Part shown: positions 38,839 through 50,466 of the stretch, in pieces
Numbering within the stretch: the stretch's first letter is position 1
How the letters are laid out: each line of letters starts with the position of its first letter
DNA from: Miltoncostaeaceae bacterium
GTDB lineage: Bacteria; Actinomycetota; Thermoleophilia; Miltoncostaeales; Miltoncostaeaceae
Length of the DNA stretch: 64,000 bases
Assembly: GCA_963703045.1 (NCBI GenBank)
Contig: OY969782.1
Coordinates: 2,157,771-2,221,770, forward strand
Reading direction: 5' to 3'
The notes under the pieces: generated by a model
What the model saw: the letters and a program-made list of their open reading frames with translations, nothing else
The model's database searches: none
What the model was told of the DNA's origin: nothing
Made by a program: the position numbers and the translations under genes

Positions 38839-39954
38839 GTGCCCGGCGCCTACGCGCGGCTCGTCCGCCCCGTGCTCTTCCGCCTCGACCCCGAGCGGGC
38901 CCACGAGCTCGCGATCTCGGCGCTCGGCCTCGCGTCGCCGGCGCTCGGGCGCCTGCGGAGGCCCCCCGAGGGTGGCGGGCGCCTGACCCAGCAGCTCATG
39001 GGCCTGCGCTTCCCCAATCCCATCGGTCTGGCCGCGGGCTTCGACAAGCGCGCCCGGGCCGTTCCCGCCTGGCCGGCGCTCGGGTTCGGCTTCGCCGAGG
39101 TGGGCACGATCACGGCGCTGCCGCAGCCCGGCAACCCCGCGCCCCGCATCCACCGCCTGCCCGCCGACCGCGCCCTGATCAACCGGCTCGGCTTCAACAA
39201 CGGCGGGGCCGAGGACGCCCGGCGCACCCTCGAGGGGTGGCGGCGGCGCGGGCTGCTCGGCCGCGCTCCGCTCGGGGTCAACCTCGGCAAGTCGAAGGTG
39301 ACGCCGGCCGACGAGGCGCCCGCCGACTACGCCCGCTCGCTGCGCCTGCTGTGGGCGTTCGCGGACTACGTCGTGGTGAACGTCTCGTCGCCCAACACCC
39401 CCGGCCTGCGCGACCTGCAGGCGTCCGGACCGCTCGGGGCCATCCTCGACGCGCTGGACGAGGTCGCCCGGCAGATGACGGCCGGTGGCGGCGGCGCCCC
39501 GCCGCCGGTGCTCGTCAAGCTGGCCCCCGATCTGGAGCCGGGCCAGATCGACGCGGCGGTCGACCTCGCCCTCGCGCGCGGCCTGGCCGGCGTGATCGTC
39601 ACCAACACGACCCTCTCCCGGGAGGGGCTCCGCTCCCCGCCCCATCTCGCCGCGCGCGAGGGCGGCCTGTCCGGGGCCCCGCTGCGCGAGCGCTCGACCG
39701 AGGTGGTGCGGCGGGTGGCCGCGCGCGCCGGCGGCCGCCTCGTGGTGGTCGGTGTCGGGGGCGTCTTCACCGCCGACGACGCCTGGGAGAAGCTCGCGGC
39801 CGGCGCCTCGCTGGTGCAGGTCTACACCGGGTTCGTCTACGGCGGGCCTGGGACGGCGCGCGCCATCGTCGCCGGGCTGCTCGCGCGCATGGACCGCGAG
39901 GGCGTGGGCCACGTGGCGGAGATCGTCGGCGGCGGGATCGCCACCGCAGGGTAG
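38839..39954 (+). CDS. pyrD: dihydroorotate dehydrogenase (quinone), class 2
   Basis: GLRFPNPIGLAAGFDK, NRLGFNNGG, VGVNLGKSK, VVNVSSPNTPGLRDLQ and VTNTT...GGLSG. The GTG start at 38839 is approximate. Confidence 0.9.
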   Translation: MPGAYARLVRPVLFRLDPERAHELAISALGLASPALGRLRRPPEGGGRLTQQLMGLRFPNPIGLAAGFDKRARAVPAWPALGFGFAEVGTITALPQPGNPAPRIHRLPADRALINRLGFNNGGAEDARRTLEGWRRRGLLGRAPLGVNLGKSKVTPADEAPADYARSLRLLWAFADYVVVNVSSPNTPGLRDLQASGPLGAILDALDEVARQMTAGGGGAPPPVLVKLAPDLEPGQIDAAVDLALARGLAGVIVTNTTLSREGLRSPPHLAAREGGLSGAPLRERSTEVVRRVAARAGGRLVVVGVGGVFTADDAWEKLAAGASLVQVYTGFVYGGPGTARAIVAGLLARMDREGVGHVAEIVGGGIATAG

Positions 39955-40031
39955 GGTGGGGCCCTCCCGGGCCGTCAACCCGCGCCGCAAGGGCCTCTCT
40001 GCTCGAACTCAGCGATCTCGCCGTCGTTCTC

Positions 40032-41198
40032 GTGACGCTCGCCGCGGCGAGCGTGCTCGCGGGACGCCTGGCGCTCTCGGCGATCCCGATCTTCATCGTC
40101 GCCGGCATCGTCCTCGGGCCGTCGCCGGGGTTCCCCCAGCTCGTCGAGCCGTCCGAGGGCACCGAGCTGCTCGCGCGCCTCGGCATCGTGCTGCTGCTGT
40201 TCTTCCTCGGGCTCGAGTTCTCGCTCGGCCGCCTGACGGCCGCCCGCCGCATGGTGATGATCGGCGGGGTGGTCGACCTGGTGGTCAACGGGGGGCTGGG
40301 GCTGCTGGTGGGTCTCCTGCTGCTGGGACCGGGGCCCGAGGCCGTGCTGCTGGCGGGCCTGATCTACATCTCGAGCAGCGGCATCGTCACGCGCGCCCTC
40401 TTCGACCTGCGCCGCCTCGGCGACGACGAGACCGACCTCGTGCTCGGCGTGCTGGTCTTCGAGGACCTGGCGGTCGCCCTCTTCCTGGGCATCGCGGCCG
40501 CGCTGGCGACGGGCGAGTCGGTCGGGGGCCTCGAGATCGCCGTCACGGCCACGCTGGCGCTCGGATTCGTGGTCGCCTTCCTGCTGCTCGGCCGCTGGGC
40601 GCACCACTTCTTCGACCGCATCGGCCCCCGCCTCGATCGCGAGCAGTTGCTGCTGGGCGCGCTCGCGATCGCGATCGGCGGCGGCGCGCTGGGCGAGGCG
40701 GCGGGGCTGTCCGAGGCCGTCGGCGCCCTGCTGGCCGGCATCCTGCTCTCGGGGTCGGAGGTGCGCGACCAGATCGAGCAGCAGCTGCTGGGCCTGCGCG
40801 ACTTCGCGGCCGCCATCTTCTTCTTCGCCTTCGGCCTGGAGGTCGACCTGGCCGAGGCGGGCCCGGCCGCCCCGTGGCTGCTGCTCGCCGTGCCCGTCGC
40901 CGTGGCCGGGAAGGTCGTCGCGGGATACGTTGCCGGGCGTGCCACCGGCTTCACGAAGCGCCAGAGCGTCAACGTCGGGTCGGCCATCGTCGCCCGCGGC
41001 GAGTTCACGATCATCCTGGCGGGCCTCGCCGCGACCGGGGTGGCCCTCGACGCCGAGTTCCGCGAGGTCGTCAGCCCGTTCGCCGGGCTGTTCGTCCTGG
41101 TCACTGCGGTCATCGGGGTGGTATTCATGAGAGAGTCGCGGCGTATCGGACGGCTCGTCTTCCCAACGCGCCCCGCCCGCAGAGAGTCGAGGAGATAG
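40032..41198 (+). CDS. CPA2-family monovalent cation:proton antiporter (Kef/KhtU-like membrane subunit)
   Basis: IFIVAGIVLGPS, LLLFFLGLEFSL and GEFTIILAG. The start is uncertain: CTG at 39999 or GTG at 40032. Confidence 0.8.
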   Translation: MTLAAASVLAGRLALSAIPIFIVAGIVLGPSPGFPQLVEPSEGTELLARLGIVLLLFFLGLEFSLGRLTAARRMVMIGGVVDLVVNGGLGLLVGLLLLGPGPEAVLLAGLIYISSSGIVTRALFDLRRLGDDETDLVLGVLVFEDLAVALFLGIAAALATGESVGGLEIAVTATLALGFVVAFLLLGRWAHHFFDRIGPRLDREQLLLGALAIAIGGGALGEAAGLSEAVGALLAGILLSGSEVRDQIEQQLLGLRDFAAAIFFFAFGLEVDLAEAGPAAPWLLLAVPVAVAGKVVAGYVAGRATGFTKRQSVNVGSAIVARGEFTIILAGLAATGVALDAEFREVVSPFAGLFVLVTAVIGVVFMRESRRIGRLVFPTRPARRESRR

Positions 41199-41202
41199 CC
41201 CG

Positions 41203-41694
41203 ATGCTCGAGGTCCGTGAGACCCGGCTGCCCGGAGTCGGCACCAAGTTCGCCCTGCGCACGGGCCGCGGGGAGAAGGTCTCCGCCGTCGTCCACCTGGA
41301 CGGCATGCGCGAGATCTACCACTACCACGACGAGGACGACGAGCCCCACGTCCTCACGCTCAACGACGAGGAGGCTCGGCAGCTCGGCGCCATCATCGGC
41401 GGCGTGGTGTACCGGCCCCAGCTCGTCAAGGACCTGGAGGTCGCCCTCAAGGACCTCGTCATGGAGTGGATCGAGCTGCCGCGCTCCAGCCCCCTCGTCG
41501 GACTGACGGTCGCCACCTGCCGCATCCGCTCGACGACCGGATCGACGATCGTGGCGATCCTGCGGGAGGCGGGCTCGCTCGCGACGCCCCACCCGGACGA
41601 GGTGCTGCGGGCCGACGACACCCTGGTCGTCATCGGGCGCCCCGAGAGCTTCGACGAGATCCGGCGCCTCGTAGCGGAGGGGCCGCCCGACTGA
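41203..41694 (+). CDS. cation:proton antiporter regulatory subunit with a TrkA-C (RCK_C) domain (KhtT-like)
   Basis: 163 aa, 4 nt after the antiporter stop. Starts MLEVRETRLPGVGTKFALRT and has the RCK_C pattern LVGLTVATCRIRSTTGSTIVAILR...DDTLVVIG. Confidence 0.75.
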   Translation: MLEVRETRLPGVGTKFALRTGRGEKVSAVVHLDGMREIYHYHDEDDEPHVLTLNDEEARQLGAIIGGVVYRPQLVKDLEVALKDLVMEWIELPRSSPLVGLTVATCRIRSTTGSTIVAILREAGSLATPHPDEVLRADDTLVVIGRPESFDEIRRLVAEGPPD

Positions 41695-41728
41695 GCCCCT
41701 GCGGGCTCTTCGACGGCGCGGCCGCCCG

Positions 41729-43399
41729 ATGAGGCGACCGACCGGGCCCGGATCGCTCCGTGGTGTGCTCGCGGGCCTCGTGGGCGGTCTCGCCGTGGTC
41801 CTGGCGGTGCTGATCGCGGTCGCCCTGCTGGGCATGATCACGACGGCCCGCGACTACCGCGACGGCGCCCAGCGGGCCCTGTCGCGCCAGAACGCCGCCA
41901 ACCAGCTGCTGATCGACCTGCTGAGCGCCCAGAGCGCGAACCGCGCCTACATCCTGCTGGCGCGCGGAGACGACCTGGCGGCGTACCGCACCGCGCGCGC
42001 CCGCTACCCGCTCGAGATGAACGAGCTCATGGCGGCGCTCGACGGCGAGCCCGATCTCGAGCTGTCGGCGGATGCGGTCAACCGCACCGCGCAGCTCTGG
42101 TTCGGGGAGGCGGTCGAGTTGATCCGGCTGCGCCGTCGCGGCCAGGTCGAGCAGGCGCAGGCCCGCATCAACGCCGGCCTGAGCGAGAACCGCTTCAACG
42201 CGTTCCGGGCCGAGCACGCGCGGCTGGTCGAGGAGATCGACGACGTCCGTCTCTCCGCCCTCGCCTCGAGCGACCGACGCCGCCGCTGGACCTTCGCGTC
42301 GATCGTGGCGGCGGCCCTGCTGACCCTGTTGATGGTCGCGGTGGCGAGCCGTCAGCTCTGGCGGCGGGTCGGCGGGCCGGTCGCGCTGCTGTCGGCCGGT
42401 GTCGGGCGCGTCACGCGCGGTCGCCTGAGCGACCCCGTCCCGCCGAGCCGGGACGCCGTGGGCGAGCTCGCCGACCTGATCGCGGGCTTCAACCTCATGC
42501 AGGGAGAGGTGCGGCAGGAGCGCGACGCCGTGGCCGCCGCGGCCCGTCGCGAGGCCGCCCAGAAGACCGAGCGGGAGCTGTGGGAGACCGTCCAGACGGG
42601 GCTGCTGCCCGAGCGCCTGCCCGCGGTGAGGGGCCTGCGGCTGGCCGCGCGCTACCGGCCCGCCGAGCGTGCGCTGCTCGTGGGCGGCGACTTCTACGAC
42701 GCGATGGTGCTGCCCGACGGCCGCCTCGCCGTGATGGTCGGCGACATGGCCGGCCACGGAGCGCCTGCCGCCGCCCGCGCGGCCGGGCTGCGCTTCGGGT
42801 GGCGGACGCTGGTCGCGGTCAACCCCAACCCGGCCGCCGTCCTCAGCGCCCTCAACGACCAGATGGGCGGCTCCGACCAGCGGGCCGAGGGGTTGTTCGC
42901 GTCGATCATCTACATGCTGATCGACCCGGCCGGCTCGGTCAGCTTCGCCCCGGCCGGGCACCCCCCGCCGTTCCTCCTCACGGCCGGCGGCTGCCGGCCG
43001 GTCGAGCCGCTGCGCAGCGGGCCGCTGCTGGGTGTCTTCGACGAGGCCGAGTGGCCGGTCACGCACACCTCGCTGCCGCCCGGCGGCACCCTGCTGCTCT
43101 ACACCGACGGCCTGATCGAGGCGCGGCGCGGCGCCGACACGTTCGGCGTCGAGCGGGCCTGCGCGGTGCTCGCCGACGAGCGGCGCTCGGCGCTCGAGCT
43201 GCGCGTCGAGCGGGTGATCCTCGCGGCCCGCCGCCACGAGGACCAGAGCCTGCGCGACGACGTCGTGATCGTCGCCGTCGAGCGACCGGTGGCCATCCCG
43301 TGGGCCGCGCCCGACCGGCCCGCCGCCGCGCCCCGGCCCTCGTGGCGCCAGGCCGACGCCGGCGCGCCGCCCCGGCCGGCGCCCGCCCGCCGGGGCTGA
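41729..43399 (+). CDS. membrane-anchored CHASE3-HAMP-PP2C (SpoIIE-type) protein phosphatase
   Basis: N-terminal TM, a CHASE3-like segment (SAQSANRAYILLARGDDLAAY), a second TM plus HAMP (VGELADLIAGFNLM), and PP2C motifs GGDFYDA, VGDMAGHG and LLLYTDGLIE. Confidence 0.8.
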   Translation: MRRPTGPGSLRGVLAGLVGGLAVVLAVLIAVALLGMITTARDYRDGAQRALSRQNAANQLLIDLLSAQSANRAYILLARGDDLAAYRTARARYPLEMNELMAALDGEPDLELSADAVNRTAQLWFGEAVELIRLRRRGQVEQAQARINAGLSENRFNAFRAEHARLVEEIDDVRLSALASSDRRRRWTFASIVAAALLTLLMVAVASRQLWRRVGGPVALLSAGVGRVTRGRLSDPVPPSRDAVGELADLIAGFNLMQGEVRQERDAVAAAARREAAQKTERELWETVQTGLLPERLPAVRGLRLAARYRPAERALLVGGDFYDAMVLPDGRLAVMVGDMAGHGAPAAARAAGLRFGWRTLVAVNPNPAAVLSALNDQMGGSDQRAEGLFASIIYMLIDPAGSVSFAPAGHPPPFLLTAGGCRPVEPLRSGPLLGVFDEAEWPVTHTSLPPGGTLLLYTDGLIEARRGADTFGVERACAVLADERRSALELRVERVILAARRHEDQSLRDDVVIVAVERPVAIPWAAPDRPAAAPRPSWRQADAGAPPRPAPARRG

Positions 43400-43417
43400 C
43401 GCCGGCCACCGCCGTCG

Positions 43418-44473
43418 CTACCGCGCGGCGGCCGGTGCGCCGTTGACGGGTGCCGCGCCGATGAAGCTGATCTCGTGCCCGCGCGCATTGGCGCGCCGGG
43501 CCGCCTCGGCGCTCAGCGCCCCCCGTCGCACGAGCATCGCGTACTCGGCACGCAGGCGGGTGCCGATCATCTCGGGCCCGTCGGTGGCGATGACGATCGG
43601 GACGCCGGCGGCCTCGAGCGCGAAGACGATCTCGGCCATCTGCTCCTCGTCGCGCACGGCCCCGGTGCGCACGTTGGACGTGGGGCAGATCTCGAGCACG
43701 ACGCCGGCCTCGCGCACGGCCTCCAGCAGGCGCGGGTCCATCGCCGCGATGATGCCGTGGCCGATGCGGTCAACGCCGAGGGCGAGCACCTGGCGCATCT
43801 CGTCGACGAACGGCCCCGGGTCGGGCGCGTTGACGCCCTCCTCGCCCGCGTGCAGCGTCACGCCGAGCCCGGCGTCGCGGGCCCGGTCAACGAGCGCCGC
43901 GAGGTCGCGGTACGGGTAGGGGGCGGGGGCGCCCCCGGGTCGGGGCCCGCCGATGTCGATGCCGACCACGCCCCGGCCCCGGAAGCGGATGGCGCGCTCG
44001 ACGATCGCCGCGTTGAGCTCGGCCGGGAAGCCGCGGTCCATCATGAGGATCAGGCCGGCCCGCACCGGGTACTCGAGCGAGGCCCGGTCGATGCCGTGCA
44101 CGGCGGCCATGACGATCGCGTCGAGGTCGCGCTCGCCGCCCCGGTTGCGCTTGGCCGGGTTGAAGCGCACCTCGTGCGTGGTGATCCGCTGCGATCGGTA
44201 GGCGCCGGCGATCATGCCGTGAACCGCGCGGAAGACGCCCTCCGGGCTGCTCTGGATCAGCTCGGTCAGGTGGTAGATGCGATCGAGCCCGTCGAGCCCG
44301 TCGGTGCCGCGGCCGACGTTGGTGGCGGCCGCGAAGTGCCAGTAGTCCCGGTAGGGGAGCTTGATGCCCTGCTCGTGGGCCAGCTCCCACATCGTCGCCG
44401 CGTCGACGCCCCCGCCGAGGTGCGCGTGCAGCTCGGAGAGGGCGTCGTCCGGGGAGAAGACCGGCGAGATCAC
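43418..44473 (-). CDS. adenosine deaminase family protein
   Basis: Metal-binding LSELHAHLGG, VTLHAGEEG and IVIATDGPE. Confidence 0.8.
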   Translation of the reverse strand: MISPVFSPDDALSELHAHLGGGVDAATMWELAHEQGIKLPYRDYWHFAAATNVGRGTDGLDGLDRIYHLTELIQSSPEGVFRAVHGMIAGAYRSQRITTHEVRFNPAKRNRGGERDLDAIVMAAVHGIDRASLEYPVRAGLILMMDRGFPAELNAAIVERAIRFRGRGVVGIDIGGPRPGGAPAPYPYRDLAALVDRARDAGLGVTLHAGEEGVNAPDPGPFVDEMRQVLALGVDRIGHGIIAAMDPRLLEAVREAGVVLEICPTSNVRTGAVRDEEQMAEIVFALEAAGVPIVIATDGPEMIGTRLRAEYAMLVRRGALSAEAARRANARGHEISFIGAAPVNGAPAAAR

Positions 44474-44501
44474 CGCGCCGTCGACGGGCGCGCCGCCGGG
44501 G

Positions 44502-44840
44502 TCAGCCGGCGGCCGGGAGGACCTTCTGCAGCTCGCCCTCCTGGAACATCTCGGTGACGATGTCGCAGCCGCCCACGAGCGTGCCGTCGACGAAGAGCTG
44601 GGGGATGGTCGGCCAGTCGGACCAGCCGGACAGCACCTGGCGGATGCGGGGGTCGGTCAGGATGTCGCGCGACCCGTACTCCACGCCCAGGTGGTTGAGG
44701 ATCTGGACCACCTGGTTCGAGAAGCCGCAGCGCGGCGCGTCGGGCGTGCCCTTGAGGTAGAGGAAGACGCGGTTCTCCGCGACCTCGCTCGTGATCTGCT
44801 CGAGGATCTCCTGCTCGGAGAGGGTGATCGTGTCGCTCAT
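44502..44840 (-). CDS. Grx4-type monothiol glutaredoxin
   Basis: VFLYLKGTPDAPRCGFSNQVVQIL (CGFS active site) and WPTIPQLFVDGTLVGGCDI. Confidence 0.9.
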   Translation of the reverse strand: MSDTITLSEQEILEQITSEVAENRVFLYLKGTPDAPRCGFSNQVVQILNHLGVEYGSRDILTDPRIRQVLSGWSDWPTIPQLFVDGTLVGGCDIVTEMFQEGELQKVLPAAG

Positions 44841-45073
44841 GTCGCCTCCGGTGCACGCGTCTTCAGGGCGAGCGCGTGGATGCTCCCGTCGTCGAAGCGG
44901 CTCTGGACCGCCGCGTAGACGAGCTTGTGCTGCTCCAGGCGCGAGAGGCCGGCGAACTGGGGCGCGACCACCGATGCGGCGAGGTGGTCACCGCCGCCCT
45001 GGTCGACGATCTGGGCGGTGGCCCCCGGGAGGGCCCCCTCGATCATGGACGTGAGCTCTGCCAGGTCGGCCAT
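44837..45073 (-). CDS. BolA family protein
   Basis: 78 aa, ATGA-coupled to the glutaredoxin gene. GGGDHLAASVVAPQFAGLSRLEQHKLVY...IHALALKT. Confidence 0.85.
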   Translation of the reverse strand: MADLAELTSMIEGALPGATAQIVDQGGGDHLAASVVAPQFAGLSRLEQHKLVYAAVQSRFDDGSIHALALKTRAPEAT

Positions 45074-45118
45074 CGGGGCCCAGGATAGCGCCTGTCCCCC
45101 TCACCGGCCCCCCGGGAC

Positions 45119-45147
45119 GGCGCCGCTCCCCCGGGGGGAGCGGCGCC
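45119..45147 (-). terminator. perfect GC palindrome hairpin just downstream of the ScyD/ScyE-like gene
   Basis: ggcgccgctcc...ggagcggcgcc gives an 11-bp or longer stem, starting 8 nt past the stop at 45155. No U-tract. Confidence 0.45.
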
Positions 45148-45154
45148 GCCGGCG

Positions 45155-46237
45155 CTACGGGGTGATCTTCACGAGCTGCCCGTTCTTCCCCTTGAACGGA
45201 CCCGCGGGGGCCGGGCTCCCGGGCAGCACGCTCCAGTTGGAGACGTAGACGGCGCCCGTGTCGTCGACCGCCGTCCCGGCGGGGAAGAACAGCGTGCCCA
45301 CGCCGAGCGACGTGCGCGCGCCGTCCGGGGCGACCCGGATCACCGACCCGCCCGGCTTCTGGGCCTCCAGCCCGGCCGTCGTGAGCTGGGTCACGTAGAG
45401 CGAGCCGTCGGGACCGAAGTCGAGGCCGGTGATGTTGGTGAAGCCGGTCATGTGCACCCGTGGCTTCTCGCCCGGGACGAACCGGAACACGCGGGCTGCG
45501 CCGACGCCGCCGCCCTCGTCGAGCCCGCCGACGTAGAAGGCGCCGTCGGGGCCGCGGGCGATGGAGGTCGGCACGTACTGGCGCCCGCGCTGCTCGGGGA
45601 AGACCGTCGCGGTGCCCGAGCGCCGGCCCTTCACGTTGACGAGGGTGTTCGCGCCCGCGTCGACCACGATCTCGCGGCCGCGCCCGAGGGCCAGCACGCC
45701 GTAGGGGTTCGAGTTGCGGTCGGCGCCGTCGGCGTTCGTGCGGCACTCGATGCGAGCGATGTTCGCCACGCGCGACAGGCGCCCGCCCGGCCCGTACTTG
45801 AGGAGGCGGCCGAGCTGGCCGGCGATGGCTCGCGGGATGCCGCGGGGGACACTGCAGTCCGGGGCGGCGGTCATGGCGATGTAGATGGTCCCGTTGAGGG
45901 TGACGGACACGCCGTCGGCGCCCGTCGTGAACGAGCCGTCGCGGCCGCCCACCGACGCGAGGCCACGCACCACGCGCCGGGCGACCCCGTCCCGGACGCG
46001 CGTGATGGAGCCCGAGAGCGCCGCGCAGGCCTGGTCGTCCGGCGGGCCGATGCACGTCGGCCCGGCCTTGCCGGCCTCGGCCACGTAGACCGCGCCGTCC
46101 GGCGCGATCGTGACCCCGCGAGGGTTGTTGAGGTTGTCCGCGACGACCGTCATCGTCGCGCCGTTCGCCGGCGCCACCACCGCGCCGGCCGCCGCAGCAG
46201 CCGCGATCATCGCCCACCGCGCGCCCCGTGCTGGCAT
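45155..46237 (-). CDS. secreted beta-propeller protein, ScyD/ScyE-like
   Basis: Signal-like N-terminus, then VVADNLNNPRGVTIAPDGAVYVAEAG, GPDGAFYVG, GPDGSLYVT and TGAVYVSN repeats. Confidence 0.55.
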   Translation of the reverse strand: MPARGARWAMIAAAAAAGAVVAPANGATMTVVADNLNNPRGVTIAPDGAVYVAEAGKAGPTCIGPPDDQACAALSGSITRVRDGVARRVVRGLASVGGRDGSFTTGADGVSVTLNGTIYIAMTAAPDCSVPRGIPRAIAGQLGRLLKYGPGGRLSRVANIARIECRTNADGADRNSNPYGVLALGRGREIVVDAGANTLVNVKGRRSGTATVFPEQRGRQYVPTSIARGPDGAFYVGGLDEGGGVGAARVFRFVPGEKPRVHMTGFTNITGLDFGPDGSLYVTQLTTAGLEAQKPGGSVIRVAPDGARTSLGVGTLFFPAGTAVDDTGAVYVSNWSVLPGSPAPAGPFKGKNGQLVKITP

Positions 46238-46426
46238 GTGCCTACCCCCTCGCGTCTCGCGCCACCCCGGTGGTGACGGCTCGCCGCATCAGACACCAGC
46301 CGGTCGCCGTCGCGCAACGGTCGTCCGGCGGCGGGCTCCCGTCGTGCGGCGCGCATCCGGACCGTGCAACATGCGGGGCGCCCGGCGCGCCGGTCCGCGG
46401 CGCGCTCACAGACCCCGGGGGAGACG

Positions 46427-46780
46427 GTGAAGAAGATCGAGGCGTTCATCCGGCACGAGGCTCTCGAGGCCATCCACGATCGGCTGGTCGAGCGCGGCCT
46501 GCCCTCGATGAGTGTCGCCGAGGTGAAGGGGTCCGGACGCCAGGCCGGGTTCACCGAGACCTACCGCGGCAGCCGCAAGGCCGTCTTCCTGCGGCCCAAG
46601 CTCAAGCTCGAGATCGCCGTCAACGACGCCGATCTCGAGAGGGCGATCGACACGATCCTGGAGCACGCCCACACCGGCATGCCGGGCGACGGCAAGATCT
46701 TCGTCTACGACATCGCCGAGGCGATCCGGGTGCGCACCGGCGAGCGGGGGCCGATCGTGCTGGAGGCGCACACGCCCTGA
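46427..46780 (+). CDS. P-II family nitrogen-regulatory-type signal protein (stand-alone)
   Basis: VKKIEAFIRHEALEAIHDRLVERGLPSMSVAEVKGSGRQAGFTETYRGS...KLEIAV...GDGKIFVYDI. The GTG start follows GGGGGAGA. Confidence 0.8.
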   Translation: MKKIEAFIRHEALEAIHDRLVERGLPSMSVAEVKGSGRQAGFTETYRGSRKAVFLRPKLKLEIAVNDADLERAIDTILEHAHTGMPGDGKIFVYDIAEAIRVRTGERGPIVLEAHTP

Positions 46781-46803
46781 GGGGCGGGCACGCCCCCCCG
46801 CGA

Positions 46804-47201
46804 CTACCGCCGCGGGGGTGCCGGCACCACGAGGGTGCCGCGCATGCCGCCGTCCTCGTGCCCGAACACGCTGCAGTAGAAGACGTAGCGGCCGGGCCGC
46901 AGGACGGCCGTCACCCGCGACACCTTGCCCTTGCCCACGACCTTGCCGAGCCGCGGCTTCGCGAGGCCCCGCCCCCGCAGCGCGACGTTGTGGGCGAGGT
47001 CGCCGCGGTTGGTGAGCACCAGGTTCACGCGACCGGACGGCGCGCGCAGCGACTTCTTGTCGAAGCGCAGCTCGTACCCCTTGACCGAGAGCGCGCGGTT
47101 GGCCGGAGCCTTCGCCGCCAGCGCCAGCCCGGTCATGCCGGCCGCCCCCACCCCCGCCGTGCCGATCATGGCGAGCGCGAGCGCACGCCTCCCCGTCACC
47201 C

Positions 47202-47205
<4 letters not shown>
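46804..47205 (-). CDS. small secreted cupredoxin (blue-copper-like) protein
   Basis: 133 aa with a signal peptide. Candidate Cu ligands are in DLAHNVAL and [15 protein letters not shown] (His, Cys, His, Met). ATGA-coupled to the upstream gene. Confidence 0.7.
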
Positions 47206-49301
<2,096 letters not shown>

Positions 49302-49380
49302 GCGGGCTGCCTCGTCCTGACGCGCACGAGCCGAGTCTAGCCCGGGTCGGCCGCGACCCGTCCGCTACCGTTGTCATCGC

Positions 49381-50466
49381 ATGACCGATCCCTTCATCGC
49401 CGCAGCGGGACCGGCCCCGGCCCGGGGGGTGGAGGGTCGCTGGCGCCAGGTCGCGCTGCTCTCGGCGGGCGCCGCGCTGGGCGACGCTCCGCGCGCCGCC
49501 ACCGGGCTCGCCGCGACGCTGCTCGCGCTCGACCATCCGGACGCCGCGCTGGTGGCACTCGACCGCGCCGATCCGGGCGACCCATGGACGCGGTGGTGGC
49601 GCGTGCTGGCGTCCGGGCAGTCGGCGGGCGCCGCCGGCCTGCGCGTCGCGCTCGACTCGGCGCGCGCCCTGCCGACCGAGGGCCCCGACGCGCGCGAGGT
49701 CGCGCGCCGGCTCGAGGACCTCGACGACGAGCTCGTGGCGCTGGCGGGTGGCGGCGACGATCGCGCCCGCCTGGCGGTGCTCGGCCACCGGGCCCGGCCC
49801 GAGCGGCGCATGCTGCTCGGCGGGCGCTCGTCGGCCGCCTTCCTGGTCGATCCGGGGTGGGACAGCCTGCGCCTGGTGCGCCTCGCGCCCTCCGCCGGGC
49901 CGTCGCTCGGCAACCGCGCCCACCTGGCGCCACCCGAGATCATGGCCGCCGTGCGCCGCGGCGACGCCGGACCGGGATGGGACGTCCCGGCCGACGCGCC
50001 CGTCACGCTCGACCCCGAGGCGATGCTCGCCGCGCTGCGCGAGGACCCGGCGGCGCGCGACCGTCGTCTCGTGGCGCTGGCGCAGGAGGTGGCAGAGGAG
50101 CGCGAGCGCCTCGTCGCCGAGCGCGCCGCCCTCGCGGCGGAGCGGGAGATGATGGCGGCCGAGCGCTCCCGCCGTCCCCGCCCGCGTCCGCCCGCCGCCG
50201 GCCCGGCCGCCCCGGCCGACCCCGTGGCGATCCCGCGCACCGGCGCCGAGGCGGTCGCCCTGCTCGGCCTGGCCCCGGGCGCGAGCACCGCGGCGGTCGA
50301 GCGCGCCTACCGCGAGCAGATCACCCGCTGCCACCCCGATCGGGTCGCGGAGCTCCACCCCACCATCCGCGGGCAGGCGGAGGGCCTGACCGTGGCCCTC
50401 AACGCGGCGCGCGACCTGCTGCTCGGTCGCGCGACCCCGCGGCGCGCTCAGCGCGCCAGGGGGTAG
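49381..50466 (+). CDS. J-domain protein (C-terminal DnaJ domain, helical N-terminal region)
   Basis: C-terminus AVALLGLAPGASTAAVERAYREQITRCHPDRVAE carries the HPD motif. Confidence 0.7.
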   Translation: MTDPFIAAAGPAPARGVEGRWRQVALLSAGAALGDAPRAATGLAATLLALDHPDAALVALDRADPGDPWTRWWRVLASGQSAGAAGLRVALDSARALPTEGPDAREVARRLEDLDDELVALAGGGDDRARLAVLGHRARPERRMLLGGRSSAAFLVDPGWDSLRLVRLAPSAGPSLGNRAHLAPPEIMAAVRRGDAGPGWDVPADAPVTLDPEAMLAALREDPAARDRRLVALAQEVAEERERLVAERAALAAEREMMAAERSRRPRPRPPAAGPAAPADPVAIPRTGAEAVALLGLAPGASTAAVERAYREQITRCHPDRVAELHPTIRGQAEGLTVALNAARDLLLGRATPRRAQRARG